Origin: Woeseiaceae bacterium | Lineage (GTDB): Bacteria; Pseudomonadota; Gammaproteobacteria; Steroidobacterales; Woeseiaceae | Direction: 5' to 3' | DNA length: 64,000 nucleotides | NCBI GenBank assembly: GCA_041598995.1 | Contig: JBFHXJ010000006.1 | Span: 2,033 to 66,032 of the forward strand | Shown here: positions 1-10,205 of the stretch, piece by piece | Position numbering within the stretch: position 1 is the stretch's first letter | How the letters are laid out: each line of letters starts with the position of its first letter | Notes under the pieces: model-generated | Seen by the model: only the letters and a program-made list of their open reading frames with translations | The model's database searches: none | Told to the model about the DNA's origin: nothing | Made by a program: the position numbers and the translations under genes

Positions 1-2031
1 TGCCGGAGAAATATGATCGGTTGTCACCGAATCGCCGAGGAGCGCCAGAACGCGCGCGCCGCGAATGTCGGTGACCGGTTCGGTATCGAGCGTCATGCCG
101 GTGAAATACGGCGGATTGCGCACGTAGGTCGAGTCCGCGTCCCACGCGTAAATCTCGCCGCTCGGCGATGCGATGCTGTTCCAGTTGGCATCGCCTTTGA
201 ACACACTGTCGTAACTGGCCTTGAACATGGCCGAATCGATGTTCGAGCCGATCGCGACCTGGATCTCTTTTGCATCCGGCCAGATGTCTTTGAGGAAAAC
301 CGGCTTCCCATCGGCGTCTTCGCCGAGCGGATCGTGATACAGATTCACCTCGAGCGATCCCGCGATCGCGTAGGCGACGACCAGCGGTGGCGAAGCGAGG
401 AAGTTCATGCGCACCAGGGGATGAATGCGCCCTTCGAAATTGCGGTTGCCGGACAGCACGCTGCAGACGACGAGATCGCCGTCCTGCACGCCCTTGGCGA
501 TTTGCGGAAGCAACGGTCCCGAGTTGCCGATGCAGGTCGTGCATCCGTAGCCGACGGTATAGAAGCCAAGCGCCTCGAGATCGTCGTCGAGCCCGGATTT
601 TTTCAAGTAATCGGTGACAACTTTCGATCCCGGCGCGAGGCTCGTCTTGACCCACGGTTTGGTCTTCAGCCCCCTGACGAGCGCGTTTCTCGCCAGCAGC
701 CCGGCCGCGATCATGACAGCCGGGTTCGACGTGTTGGTGCAGCTCGTGATAGCCGCGATCAGCACGTGGCCGTCCTTCAATTCGACCTGCTCGCCGTCGA
801 GCGCGATCGTGGCAGAGCCGCCGGACCGGCGCGACGCGACCGTTTTTGCGAGGTGCTCGCGGTATATGGCATCGGCCTTGCCCAGCGGTATCCGGTCCTG
901 CGGCCGCTTCGGACCGGCGAGGCTCGGCTCCACCGTAGCGAGATCCAGCTCCAGCGTGTCCGAGTACAACGGATCGGCCTGGCCGGCATGGCGCCACAGG
1001 CCCTGCGCCTTTGCGTATGCCTCGATCAGCGCGATGTGCCCGGGCGCGCGCCCCGACAACTCGAGATAACGAAGCGTTTCATCGTCGATCGGAAACATGG
1101 CGCAAGTACTGCCGAACTCCGGCGACATGTTGCCGAGCGTGGCGCGATCGGCGAGCGGCAAATTGTCGAGACCGTCGCCGAAGAATTCGACGAACTTGCC
1201 GACGACGCCCTTTTCGCGAAGCATTTCGGTGACCGTCAGCACGAGGTCGGTCGCCGTGGTACCTTCCTTGAGCGTGCCGGTCAGCTTGAAGCCGATGACC
1301 TGCGGGATCAGCATCGTCACCGGCTGGCCGAGCATCGCGGCTTCCGCCTCGATGCCGCCGACACCCCAGCCGAGCACGCCAATGCCGTTGATCATCGTCG
1401 TGTGCGAATCGGTACCGACGAGGGTATCCGGATAGGCGTGCCGCTTGCCGTCTTTATCGACGTCGAACACGACGCGTCCCAGATATTCGAGGTTGACCTG
1501 GTGCACGATGCCGGTGTTCGGCGGTACGACCTTGAAATTCTCGAACGCGCCCTGGCCCCAGCGCAGGAACGAGTAGCGCTCCTTGTTGCGCTTGAACTCG
1601 ATGAGGTTATTCACGTCGAGCGCATCGGCGCTGCCGTACTTGTCGATCTGCACCGAGTGGTCGATGACGAGCTCGGCCGGCGACAGCGGATTGATGCTCT
1701 GCGCCTTGCCGCCGAGCTTGACGACCGCATCGCGCATCGCGGCAAGATCGACAACCGCGGGAACGCCGGTGAAGTCCTGCAGGATGACGCGGCTCGGCGT
1801 GAACGAGATCTCGGTGCTCGGCTCTGCCTTCGGGTCCCAGTTTGCCAGCGCCCGGATGTCGTCCCGCGTGACGTCGCGCCCGTCCTCGTGGCGCAGCAGG
1901 TTTTCGAGCAGGATCTTGAGCGAAAAGGGCAGGCGATCGACATGTCCTTCCTTGACCGCGTCGAGTCTGAAGATCTCGTACTGCCTGTCGCCGACTTGCA
2001 GCGTTGAACGGGCGCCGAAGCTGTCCGCCAT
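1..2031 (-). CDS. acnA: aconitate hydratase A (partial; C-terminal part lies beyond the window edge)
   Basis: Absent from the ORF track because there is no stop inside the window. The reverse complement from the ATG at 2031-2029 reads [59 protein letters not shown]...[23 protein letters not shown], the conserved AcnA/IRP N-terminus. The listed 13..2007 (+) ORF is its antisense shadow. Confidence 0.9.
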   Translation of the reverse strand, partial: MADSFGARSTLQVGDRQYEIFRLDAVKEGHVDRLPFSLKILLENLLRHEDGRDVTRDDIRALANWDPKAEPSTEISFTPSRVILQDFTGVPAVVDLAAMRDAVVKLGGKAQSINPLSPAELVIDHSVQIDKYGSADALDVNNLIEFKRNKERYSFLRWGQGAFENFKVVPPNTGIVHQVNLEYLGRVVFDVDKDGKRHAYPDTLVGTDSHTTMINGIGVLGWGVGGIEAEAAMLGQPVTMLIPQVIGFKLTGTLKEGTTATDLVLTVTEMLREKGVVGKFVEFFGDGLDNLPLADRATLGNMSPEFGSTCAMFPIDDETLRYLELSGRAPGHIALIEAYAKAQGLWRHAGQADPLYSDTLELDLATVEPSLAGPKRPQDRIPLGKADAIYREHLAKTVASRRSGGSATIALDGEQVELKDGHVLIAAITSCTNTSNPAVMIAAGLLARNALVRGLKTKPWVKTSLAPGSKVVTDYLKKSGLDDDLEALGFYTVGYGCTTCIGNSGPLLPQIAKGVQDGDLVVCSVLSGNRNFEGRIHPLVRMNFLASPPLVVAYAIAGSLEVNLYHDPLGEDADGKPVFLKDIWPDAKEIQVAIGSNIDSAMFKASYDSVFKGDANWNSIASPSGEIYAWDADSTYVRNPPYFTGMTLDTEPVTDIRGARVLALLGDSVTTDHISPA

Positions 2032-2106
2032 TTGTGTGTCTCCGGAAAGTTTGTTTGTTATGCGGCCAGGCGCCGGCCCGCCGGGGGCGGCATTATAGCG
2101 CACTCA

Positions 2107-2952
2107 CTAATCATAGTAAGACGGTGCCTTTTTGTGAGTCTGGAAGCGGGCGAGCTCGTGCTCGATCCAGAATTGGGCACCTGTTTCGTCGACCAGTGCT
2201 TCGACCCGATCCATCGCAGCGAGCGTCTGATCCGCATCGACGTTGAACTGGGGAACGCGCCGCGCCTCGCGGCTCAACGCGAAATGATAGAGGTCGCCGG
2301 AAAGTACGACCGGTCCCGTGTTCGGCAGGTCGACGAATAGCACCTGGTGACCGGGCGTATGACCCGGCGCGGAAATGATACGGACTTTGCCGTCGCCAAA
2401 GACGTCGTGATCTCCGTCGAGCAACACCCGATCCGCAAATTCGAGTTTTTCGTAGTAGGTCGGATCATAACCGGGGACCGTGACCGGGTCGGCAAAGGCC
2501 GCGTCATATTCGCTTTCCTGGATGAGCAAGGTCGCGCCAACCACCTCATTCGCCACGCCGACGTGATCGAAGTGCATGTGAGAAAAGGCCATGAAGTCGA
2601 AAGAACTCATGTCGAGGCCCATGACCATCAATTGTGCTTCGAGCGTACGATCAAGCTGCATTCGAAAGCCGGCGACCTCAGTTTCGTCCGCATTGACAAC
2701 TGCCGATGGTAGGCCCCCGTCCCAGAGCAGGCGCCTGCCGTTATGTTCGACCATATAGCAAGGCACGGCAAGCACACGCACATCGGTCTCGTCGTCGGCG
2801 ATTGAAAATCCTTCGACACTGTCGAAGCTCAGCCTCCCGCAATCGAATTCATATAATCGGAGTGCGACGGAATGGTCCGTGCCCGGGATGTCGCCGCGAG
2901 AGCATGCGCACAGCAGCAACGTGGCAATTAGCATAATCCGCGTGAATGGCAT
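2107..2952 (-). CDS. MBL-fold metallo-hydrolase lipoprotein (N-acyl-homoserine-lactonase-like)
   Basis: Has the HxHxDH zinc motif 'SHMHFDHVG', a later 'APGHTPGHQ', and an N-terminal lipoprotein-type signal 'LIATLLLCACS'. The overall layout matches AiiA-type lactonases. Confidence 0.75.
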   Translation of the reverse strand: MPFTRIMLIATLLLCACSRGDIPGTDHSVALRLYEFDCGRLSFDSVEGFSIADDETDVRVLAVPCYMVEHNGRRLLWDGGLPSAVVNADETEVAGFRMQLDRTLEAQLMVMGLDMSSFDFMAFSHMHFDHVGVANEVVGATLLIQESEYDAAFADPVTVPGYDPTYYEKLEFADRVLLDGDHDVFGDGKVRIISAPGHTPGHQVLFVDLPNTGPVVLSGDLYHFALSREARRVPQFNVDADQTLAAMDRVEALVDETGAQFWIEHELARFQTHKKAPSYYD

Positions 2953-2981
2953 GGGTTTGTACTCCTGATTCGTCGTATTGC

Positions 2982-4121
2982 TTAACCAGTTCTTCGCAGG
3001 GCGTCCTCGGCAACCAGGACACGATCGATGACAGCACCACCGAGGCAGCGATCGCTATCGTAGAAAACTGCGAACTGTCCCGGCGCCACGGCCCTTTGTG
3101 ATTCGTCGAAACTGACGGCCAGAATTCCATCCGATCCCGGCGTCACGACACATGCCTGGTCGCGCTGCCGGTATCGCACCTTGACCATGCAGCGCAATGA
3201 TTTGCCGCTTGCAATTTCTTCAGGCGGCTTGCCGATCCAGCTGGCCTGGGTCACCTCGAGACCGTCGCTAAAGAGGAGCGGGTGTTCACCCTGCACCACG
3301 ATCAGCACGTTCTTATCGAGGTCCTTGCCGGCGACATACCACGGCTCATCGCCCGAATCGCGACGGCCGCCGACGCCGAGGCCTTGCCGCTGGCCGATCG
3401 TGTAGTACATCAAGCCGGCATGTTCGCCGATCGTCCTGCCGTCCGGCGTCTGTATCGGTCCCGGATTTGCCGGAAGATAAGTGGACAGAAAATCGCGGAA
3501 TGGTCGCTCGCCGATGAAGCAAATGCCGGTGCTGTCCTTCTTGTCGAATACCGGCAAGGCATTGTCCCTGGCGATCGCCCTTACCTCGGACTTTTGTAAG
3601 TTGCCTAACGGAAAAACGGTTTCTCCGAGTGCATCAGCCGTGACCGCATGCAGGAAGTAACTCTGATCTTTCGACTCATCTGCTGCCTTCAGGAGCTGCG
3701 CTTCCCCCTCGACGATCCGCGTGCGAGCGTAATGGCCTGTCGCGATGTATTCGCCGCCGAGCCGTTTCGCATGGGTGCGGAATACGCCGAACTTGATCTC
3801 CCTGTTGCAAAGTACGTCCGGGTTAGGCGTGCGGCCTTTGCCGTACTCATTGAGGAAATATTCGAAAACACGATCACGGTATTCACGCGCGAAATTGACG
3901 TGATGCAGCGGGATGTCGAGCTGCTCGCACACCTGGCGCGCATCCTGCAGGTCCTGCGCGGCAGTGCAGTAACCGTCGTCATCCTCCCAGTTGGTCATGT
4001 GCAACGCGTGGACCTTTGCACCGTACCGTCTCAGGAGCACGGCTGCCACGGCGGAATCGACGCCGCCGGAGAGGCCCAGGATGACCTTTTTGCCGATTAA
4101 GTTTTCGGGGAGAGCGGACAT
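2982..4121 (-). CDS. mnmA: tRNA 2-thiouridine(34) synthase
   Basis: Has the PP-loop 'VILGLSGGVDSAVAA', 'GRTPNPDVLCNREIKF' and 'KDQSYFL', and a typical 379-aa length. Confidence 0.95.
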   Translation of the reverse strand: MSALPENLIGKKVILGLSGGVDSAVAAVLLRRYGAKVHALHMTNWEDDDGYCTAAQDLQDARQVCEQLDIPLHHVNFAREYRDRVFEYFLNEYGKGRTPNPDVLCNREIKFGVFRTHAKRLGGEYIATGHYARTRIVEGEAQLLKAADESKDQSYFLHAVTADALGETVFPLGNLQKSEVRAIARDNALPVFDKKDSTGICFIGERPFRDFLSTYLPANPGPIQTPDGRTIGEHAGLMYYTIGQRQGLGVGGRRDSGDEPWYVAGKDLDKNVLIVVQGEHPLLFSDGLEVTQASWIGKPPEEIASGKSLRCMVKVRYRQRDQACVVTPGSDGILAVSFDESQRAVAPGQFAVFYDSDRCLGGAVIDRVLVAEDALRRTG

Positions 4122-4154
4122 AGCCGCTCATTCTAGCATTTGCAGGAATCGCAG

Positions 4155-4646
4155 CTAAACAAGGCAGGCATTGGTGATGATCGCGGCGACATTGTGCTGG
4201 ATCGGTGCAAGGTTTTGCAGCAGCTCGTCGGACTGACGCTTGCCGACCACATAGTCTTCGATACAGCGCTGCACGACCGGCGATTGCAGTTCCCTGCTGC
4301 GTTTGCGGATATCACCGAGCGAATACCAGTGCACGTTGCGAACGGGTTCGTCGAGCTGGCGATTGACGTTTTCCCTGACCAGGTCAGCCGTATAAGCGAT
4401 ACGGAGGTATTGCTGGCGTGTTTGCGGATGTATCCACAGATAGATACCCAGCAATCCGCTCACTGCGAGTTCACACCCGGTGTCCCGCATACCGGCCCGA
4501 ATGACCGCCCGTTCCGGCGATTCATCCGTTTCCATATGGACGCTCGGCTGCGTCAGAACGAAAACACCGCATACCCGTTTTTCAAGCGTCAGGAATCGTT
4601 CGTGGCGCTCGACGACAGCGGACACCGTGAGATCAGTCGGCAGCAC
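4155..4646 (-). CDS. Nudix-fold protein (NudJ position) with a degenerate Nudix box
   Basis: Aligns by eye with E. coli NudJ ('LTVSAVVERHERFLTLEK...'). The Nudix box reads 'PSVHMETDESPERAVIRAGMRDTG' and lacks the REx2EE glutamates. It lies 33 nt upstream of mnmA, as nudJ does in enterics. Confidence 0.7.
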   Translation of the reverse strand: MLPTDLTVSAVVERHERFLTLEKRVCGVFVLTQPSVHMETDESPERAVIRAGMRDTGCELAVSGLLGIYLWIHPQTRQQYLRIAYTADLVRENVNRQLDEPVRNVHWYSLGDIRKRSRELQSPVVQRCIEDYVVGKRQSDELLQNLAPIQHNVAAIITNACLV

Positions 4647-4662
4647 TGCCAGGGGTTCTTTC

Positions 4663-5208
4663 TTATATGCCGAGCTGACGGAACTCTATTTCGACTTCGC
4701 TGGCTTGCCAGATTTCGTCAAACATCTGTCCGTAGAGCTTGGCGACTGAGGGTTCGTAGGTGTCTGCAATTCCTTCCCATTTTTCGTGTTGCAGACGGTA
4801 GACAAGCGCCGTTTCATCGGCGATGCAAAAGGACTCGTTGTGCGTCCGCAGGTCTTCACGCACGTGCCGGAATTCGATGTAGGTATTAAGGCGTCGGCCC
4901 AGATGAACAAAATTGTTGCCGTTCTTGATTGCACGCGAAGGATCGGCAATCAATACGCGAATCCTGGAGTAGGTTTGTCGCAGCACGAGTTTTTTGATGA
5001 TCTCGAGGAAATCGGGGTCATCATAAATGCCGGGTTCGAGGTCATGCGTAAATATCGACACTCGGCGCGAAGCTTCCTTGGCCACATCGATGACGGCGGA
5101 GCGCATCTCGTCTTTGTTCGAAATCACCCAGCGGCGACCTTGTTCACGAGTTTGCTCCGAGCTTTTCGAACTCGCAGAACCAGGCTTTATGGAAGCTTCT
5201 GTCATCAC
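4663..5208 (-). CDS. hypothetical protein (possible PLD-like fold without the catalytic HKD lysine)
   Basis: 181-codon ORF lying 16 nt upstream of the Nudix-like gene on the same strand. The stretch 'RTHNESFCIADETALVYRL' resembles an HxK..D...GS PLD motif with K replaced by E. The start may be GTG 5208 or ATG 5205. Confidence 0.55.
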   Translation of the reverse strand: MMTEASIKPGSASSKSSEQTREQGRRWVISNKDEMRSAVIDVAKEASRRVSIFTHDLEPGIYDDPDFLEIIKKLVLRQTYSRIRVLIADPSRAIKNGNNFVHLGRRLNTYIEFRHVREDLRTHNESFCIADETALVYRLQHEKWEGIADTYEPSVAKLYGQMFDEIWQASEVEIEFRQLGI

Positions 5209-5496
5209 CGATACATTAAATTTCTTTAGGAATATCCAGCGCCTGGATAATGGCCTACGCCCAGATGGCGGTACTCCGCATCTACCGCATTGGATGCCAT
5301 CTTACCGGCCACCACAATTTGCCCAGTGCCAACTGCGTCACGTTTTTTGTACCGGGCGGTACATGAGAACCATTATCATCGCTGCCGGGAAAATCGAGCG
5401 TTCCGGGAATTTCTTATACGGAATGAAGGCCTTGCAAGCCGGAGCAGGTAACCCGCAGGTTATGGCCGGGAACGCCTCAGAAGGAAATCGTCTGAC

Positions 5497-6681
5497 TCAC
5501 GGGCAATGTTCTGTCAAGTCGAAGACGCCGCGCTCGAGGAACCAACGCAGCAAGGCGTCATTTCCGCCGACGCGAATCTCGTCAGGCGTCGCGCAACGAT
5601 CCTTGCAGATCCGGCGAACCGTGTGGAGGCTCCCGGAAGATACTTCCCGCGCCATGCCGTTCGCGAAAACAAGGGCAGTCCCCTCTGTCTCACAAAACGC
5701 GATTCTTGTCATGCCATGCAGCGCGAGTGTGACATGGTGATCAAGCGCTGCGCTCAGCACATCTGCCTCTTCGCCACTCAATGTTTCCGGCTCGAGCCAG
5801 GCTTTCGCTTGCGTTACAGCGCAGCCCAATACGGTCGCGATTTCACGATCATCGAGTGAATGAGCATCTCGCAGGGTTTGTCTCGCGCGGCGAATCGCGG
5901 CCTCTGAAATCAGACCGGGAAGCGCCTCGTCGCTCGACAAATCCGGATCCTCATAGAAGCCGTCGACATCCGTATCCGGTGAAATTGCCACGTGATTCGC
6001 AAGATCGTCCAGTACGCGCAGCGCGGCTGCGTATAGCTCGGAGCGTTGCGGCGCACGCATGCCGATCGACCAGGTCGTGCAAAAACCATCTGCGATCCCC
6101 CAGTGAGGCACCCGGGGTGGCAGATACAGCACGTCGCCGGCAGTTACCGTAATCGGCCGTTCATCGACGAACGGCATCAGCAGCGACAAGTCGCCGGATG
6201 ACGCGTTCGGTTCGCAAACTTTCCCGTTACCGAGGCGCCATTCACGCCGGCCTCCGACCTGGCACAAGAACACGTCGTAATTGTCCCTGTGCGGACCGAC
6301 GCCACCGCCGGGAGCCGCGTAACTGACCATCAGATCATCGATGCGCCAGTCCGGAACGAAATCGACTGCACTGAAGATCGCGCGAAAATCCGGGAGGTGC
6401 TTTTCGACATCGTGGACAAGCAGCGTCCAGTCCTGTCCCGGCAACGATGTGAGGAATTTCTCCTCGAACGGCCCGTCCGTAACCTCGTAAGTTTCGATCG
6501 AACCTTTGCGACGGGTAAACACGATTCGCGACTCAACGTCCTCCTGCGTCGAGAGCCACGCGAGCTCGTCGGCCTCGAGCGAAGGGCTCATCTCGTCGAT
6601 GGCATTTGGCAGGAACAAGGGAAGTTTTTGCCAGAAACCTGACAGGAACATGTCGGGAGAAAATTCGTCGGGGAATCGCAC
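5497..6681 (-). CDS. roxA: JmjC/cupin ribosomal protein oxygenase (YcfD/RoxA-like)
   Basis: The N-terminus 'FLSGFWQKLPLFLPNAI' resembles the YcfD 'FL..YWQKKPL' motif. The Fe(II) ligand contexts 'GPHRDNYDVF' (HxD) and 'PRVPHWG' are present. Length is 394 aa. Confidence 0.8.
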   Translation of the reverse strand: MRFPDEFSPDMFLSGFWQKLPLFLPNAIDEMSPSLEADELAWLSTQEDVESRIVFTRRKGSIETYEVTDGPFEEKFLTSLPGQDWTLLVHDVEKHLPDFRAIFSAVDFVPDWRIDDLMVSYAAPGGGVGPHRDNYDVFLCQVGGRREWRLGNGKVCEPNASSGDLSLLMPFVDERPITVTAGDVLYLPPRVPHWGIADGFCTTWSIGMRAPQRSELYAAALRVLDDLANHVAISPDTDVDGFYEDPDLSSDEALPGLISEAAIRRARQTLRDAHSLDDREIATVLGCAVTQAKAWLEPETLSGEEADVLSAALDHHVTLALHGMTRIAFCETEGTALVFANGMAREVSSGSLHTVRRICKDRCATPDEIRVGGNDALLRWFLERGVFDLTEHCP

Positions 6682-6698
6682 GTTCGCTGCGAATCAGC

Positions 6699-8063
6699 CT
6701 ATTTTTTTGCGAGCTGCTCCGCGAGGCCCGTATAGCTAGACGGCGTCAGTTTTTTCAAACGTTCTTTTGCATCGTGCGGGATATCGAGCGAAGCAATGAA
6801 ACCGTGCAGAAGTTTCTTGTCGACGACTTTCCCACGTGTCAGCTCCTTGAGCTTCTCGTACGGCTCAGGAACGCCGTAGCGGCGCATGACCGTTTGTATT
6901 GCCTCGCCCAGGACTTCCCAGCTTTGCTCCAATTCGCGCGCGATCGCTTCCGGGTTTGTCTGCAATCGTCCGAGTCCCCTGATGACCGACTGAATGGCAA
7001 TCGACGCGTGGGCTATGGCGGCGCCGAAATTCCGTTGTACGGTGGAGTCCGACAGGTCACGTTGCCAACGCGATACCGGCAGTTTGCTGGCGAAATGATC
7101 GAGCAGCGCGTTTGCCACGCCGATATTGCCTTCCGCGTTTTCAAAATCGATCGGGTTGATCTTGTGCGGCATTGTCGAGGATCCGACTTCGTCTTTTTGC
7201 GGTCGCTGCCTGAAATAGCCGAGCGATATGTAACCCCAGATGTCACGGCATAAATTGAGTAATACCGTGTTGTAACGAAAGAGGGCATGCGCATAAGCCG
7301 CGGTCCAGTCGTGCGGTTCGATCTGTGTCGTGAGTTCGCTCGGTGTGAGGCCCAGCGACTCGACGAATCTGACCGACACCGCCGGCCAGTCGACATCGGG
7401 GTAAGCCGCCACATGCGCATTGAAATTGCCGACGGCACCATTGAATTTGCCGCGGACGTCGACTGCCGCGAACTGATCTCTCGCCTGCAGGAGGCGCGCC
7501 ACGACGTTAGCCAGCTCCTTGCCGACCGTCGTGGGACTGGCTGCCTGGCCGTGCGTACGGGAAAGCATGGCCAGTCCTGCGTATTCCTTGGCCATGGAAC
7601 GGAGTTTCGTCGCCAGTTCCCGCATCTGTGGCAACAATACTTCGTCGCGCGCCGAGCGCAGCATCAATGCGTAGGCAAGGTTGTTGATGTCTTCGGACGT
7701 GCAAGCGAAGTGAACAAAATCGCCAATGTTGCGCGAGTCCGCACCGCTACCGATCCGTTCGCGGACGTAATACTCGACTGCCTTCACATCATGATTGGTG
7801 CTTGCCTCGATTCTCTTGATGCGCTCCGCATCATCGGCATCGAAGTCGTCGACGATGTGATTCAGGACGTCCTTCATGACCGAGGAAAGCGGCGGCAGCT
7901 CGGCAACACCGGGCTCATCGGCGAGCATTTGCAACCAGCGTATCTCCACCAGCACCCTGAAACGCAGCAGCCCGAACTCGCTCAGAATGTCTCGCAGCGG
8001 ACCGACCTTGTCTGCATATCGGCCATCGATCGGTGACAGTGCTTTCAGGCGGGCGTTTTCCAT
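6699..8063 (-). CDS. purB: adenylosuccinate lyase
   Basis: 'LSPIDGRYADKV', 'SSTMPHKINPIDFEN' signature, 454 aa. Confidence 0.95.
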   Translation of the reverse strand: MENARLKALSPIDGRYADKVGPLRDILSEFGLLRFRVLVEIRWLQMLADEPGVAELPPLSSVMKDVLNHIVDDFDADDAERIKRIEASTNHDVKAVEYYVRERIGSGADSRNIGDFVHFACTSEDINNLAYALMLRSARDEVLLPQMRELATKLRSMAKEYAGLAMLSRTHGQAASPTTVGKELANVVARLLQARDQFAAVDVRGKFNGAVGNFNAHVAAYPDVDWPAVSVRFVESLGLTPSELTTQIEPHDWTAAYAHALFRYNTVLLNLCRDIWGYISLGYFRQRPQKDEVGSSTMPHKINPIDFENAEGNIGVANALLDHFASKLPVSRWQRDLSDSTVQRNFGAAIAHASIAIQSVIRGLGRLQTNPEAIARELEQSWEVLGEAIQTVMRRYGVPEPYEKLKELTRGKVVDKKLLHGFIASLDIPHDAKERLKKLTPSSYTGLAEQLAKK

Positions 8064-8169
8064 CCGGGTGAGGTACTGGACTTAGGAAAGCAAAGCGCGA
8101 ATCATACACCATCGGCCAAGCAGGCAGCAGGCGTTGAAATCGTCGTAATCGCCCGGAGATAAACCTTAG

Positions 8170-9558
8170 ATGAGCAAGAAATCAACCCGTACTGTGAGCG
8201 ACAGCATGGGCCAGCTTGAAGTGCCCGCGGATGCACTCTGGGGTGCCCAGACGCAACGAGCGATCGACAATTTTCCGATAAGCGGCATGCGCATGCCGCG
8301 GCGCATCATCGCTGCGCTCTGCCTTGTGAAATGGGCGGCAGCGGGCGCCAACGGCGAGCTGGGACTCATCGCCAGTGACCAGGCGGTCGCGATCCAGAAA
8401 GCAGCGCTCGCGGTAGCGGACGGGCAACACGATGACCAGTTTCCGATCGACGTGTTTCAGACCGGCTCGGGCACGAGCTCCAACATGAATGCCAACGAAG
8501 TCATCGCAAGGCTCGCGAGCAAAGTTCTCGGCGCCGAAATCCATCCGAACGACCATGTCAACATGAGCCAGAGCAGCAACGACGTGATACCGACCTGCGT
8601 GCACGTCAGCGCGGCAATCGCGGTAAACGATGAACTGCTGCCGGCGCTCAAGCATCTGTCCCACTCCATCGGCAAGAAAGCCGATGCAGTTCGCTCTGTC
8701 GTGAAGACAGGCCGGACGCATCTCATGGACGCGATGCCGGTCACACTGGGCCAGGAACTCGATGGCTGGCGCTCGCAGATCGATCATGCAAGCGAGAGAT
8801 TGAGAGAAACGATGAAGCGACTGACGGCGCTGGCGCAGGGCGGTACCGCCGTCGGTACCGGAATCAACGCGCATCCGAAATTCGGCGCCAAGGTGGCGAC
8901 TCTGCTGAGCGAGCAAACCGGCGTCAAATTCCGGCAGGCGGATTCATTGTTCGAAGCCTTGAGCAGTCAGGACACGGCCGTGGAGACGTCCGGCCAGCTC
9001 AGGGTGCTTGCAGTAAGCCTGATGAAAATTGCTAACGACCTGCGCTGGATGAATTCCGGTCCGCTCGCGGGCCTCGGCGAGATCGAGTTACCGGCGTTGC
9101 AACCCGGCTCGAGCATCATGCCGGGCAAAGTGAATCCCGTCATCCCGGAGGCGGTCACCATGGTGTGCGCCCAGGTGATCGGCAACGACGCGGCCATTAC
9201 GATTGCCGGCCAGTCCGGGAACTTCCAGCTCAATGTCATGCTGCCGGTCGCGGCGCACAACCTGTTGCAGAGCGTCGACATTCTCAGCACGGCCTGCACG
9301 TGCCTGGCTGACAGCGCCATTGCAGGCTTTGGCGTCAACCAGGCAAATCTCGATCGTGCCCTCGATCGCAACCCGATACTCGTCACGGCACTGAATCCCG
9401 TCATCGGATACGAGAAAGGCGCGGCGATTGCCAAGAAAGCGTACGCAGAAGGGCGAGCTGTCAAGGACGTCGCGCGAGAGATGACCGACCTCAACGATGA
9501 CGAACTCGACCGGCTGCTGGATCCCGCCGCGCTGACGAAAGGCGGCATCAAGCACTGA
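8170..9558 (+). CDS. fumC: class II fumarate hydratase
   Basis: 'GSSIMPGKVNP' signature, 'TGSGTSSNMNANEV', 462 aa. Confidence 0.95.
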   Translation: MSKKSTRTVSDSMGQLEVPADALWGAQTQRAIDNFPISGMRMPRRIIAALCLVKWAAAGANGELGLIASDQAVAIQKAALAVADGQHDDQFPIDVFQTGSGTSSNMNANEVIARLASKVLGAEIHPNDHVNMSQSSNDVIPTCVHVSAAIAVNDELLPALKHLSHSIGKKADAVRSVVKTGRTHLMDAMPVTLGQELDGWRSQIDHASERLRETMKRLTALAQGGTAVGTGINAHPKFGAKVATLLSEQTGVKFRQADSLFEALSSQDTAVETSGQLRVLAVSLMKIANDLRWMNSGPLAGLGEIELPALQPGSSIMPGKVNPVIPEAVTMVCAQVIGNDAAITIAGQSGNFQLNVMLPVAAHNLLQSVDILSTACTCLADSAIAGFGVNQANLDRALDRNPILVTALNPVIGYEKGAAIAKKAYAEGRAVKDVAREMTDLNDDELDRLLDPAALTKGGIKH

Positions 9559-10190
9559 TGCCGAAACGTCACCTGAACCTGACGGCGACGGATATCAAGA
9601 AACGGTTCGCGGGAACGGCCATGCCGGCGGATCCGCTCGGCGTCGTGCCGCCGGCGCGCTGGCCCGCAAAGGCGCAGCGAGAACTGACCGCAGACCTGGT
9701 GCCCGCCGCGGTCTTGATCCCGATCGTGCAGCGCGAGGATGCGTTGTCCATATTGCTGACCGAACGCTCCGCCGATCTTACGCATCACGCGGGCCAGATC
9801 AGCTTTCCTGGCGGCCGGATGGATCCCGGCGACGAGGACATCACGGCGACGGCCTTGCGCGAAACGCGGGAAGAGATCGGAATCGAGCCTTCCGATATCG
9901 AGATCGTCGGCTACATGGCGCCCAATCCCACCGTCACGGGCTACGCTGTAACCCCGGTGGTCGGCCTGGTCGAACTGCACCGCGAGCTCATTCTCGACCC
10001 CGTCGAGGTGCGATCGGCATTCGAGGTACCACTGCCGTTCCTCCTCGACGAGCGCAACCAGGAGTTTTCCGAGCGTGAGTTTGCGGGGGTCATGGTGCCA
10101 ATCGCGGAATTCAATTACGGCCGTTACCGGATCTGGGGAGCGACCGCAGGCATGCTGATCGAGTTGCGACGGATTCTGATCAATATATAG
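9558..10190 (+). CDS. Nudix hydrolase, CoA pyrophosphatase-like
   Basis: Has an intact Nudix box 'GGRMDPGDEDITATALRETREEIGI'. Its ATG overlaps the fumC TGA by 1 nt. Confidence 0.8.
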   Translation: MPKRHLNLTATDIKKRFAGTAMPADPLGVVPPARWPAKAQRELTADLVPAAVLIPIVQREDALSILLTERSADLTHHAGQISFPGGRMDPGDEDITATALRETREEIGIEPSDIEIVGYMAPNPTVTGYAVTPVVGLVELHRELILDPVEVRSAFEVPLPFLLDERNQEFSEREFAGVMVPIAEFNYGRYRIWGATAGMLIELRRILINI

Positions 10191-10205
10191 TAAATTTAAT
10201 AAGTT

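Noticed and set aside
13-2007. 664-aa plus-strand ORF covering the left end of the window
   Set aside because: Its translation is Arg/Asp/Val-rich nonsense. The opposite strand encodes a clean aconitase A N-terminus starting at 2031. This is an antisense shadow ORF typical of high-GC DNA.
5343-5362. T6 + GTACC-GGGC-GGTAC hairpin as a terminator
   Set aside because: The T-run precedes the hairpin on the plus strand and becomes an A-run after it on the minus strand. It therefore fits a rho-independent terminator in neither orientation.
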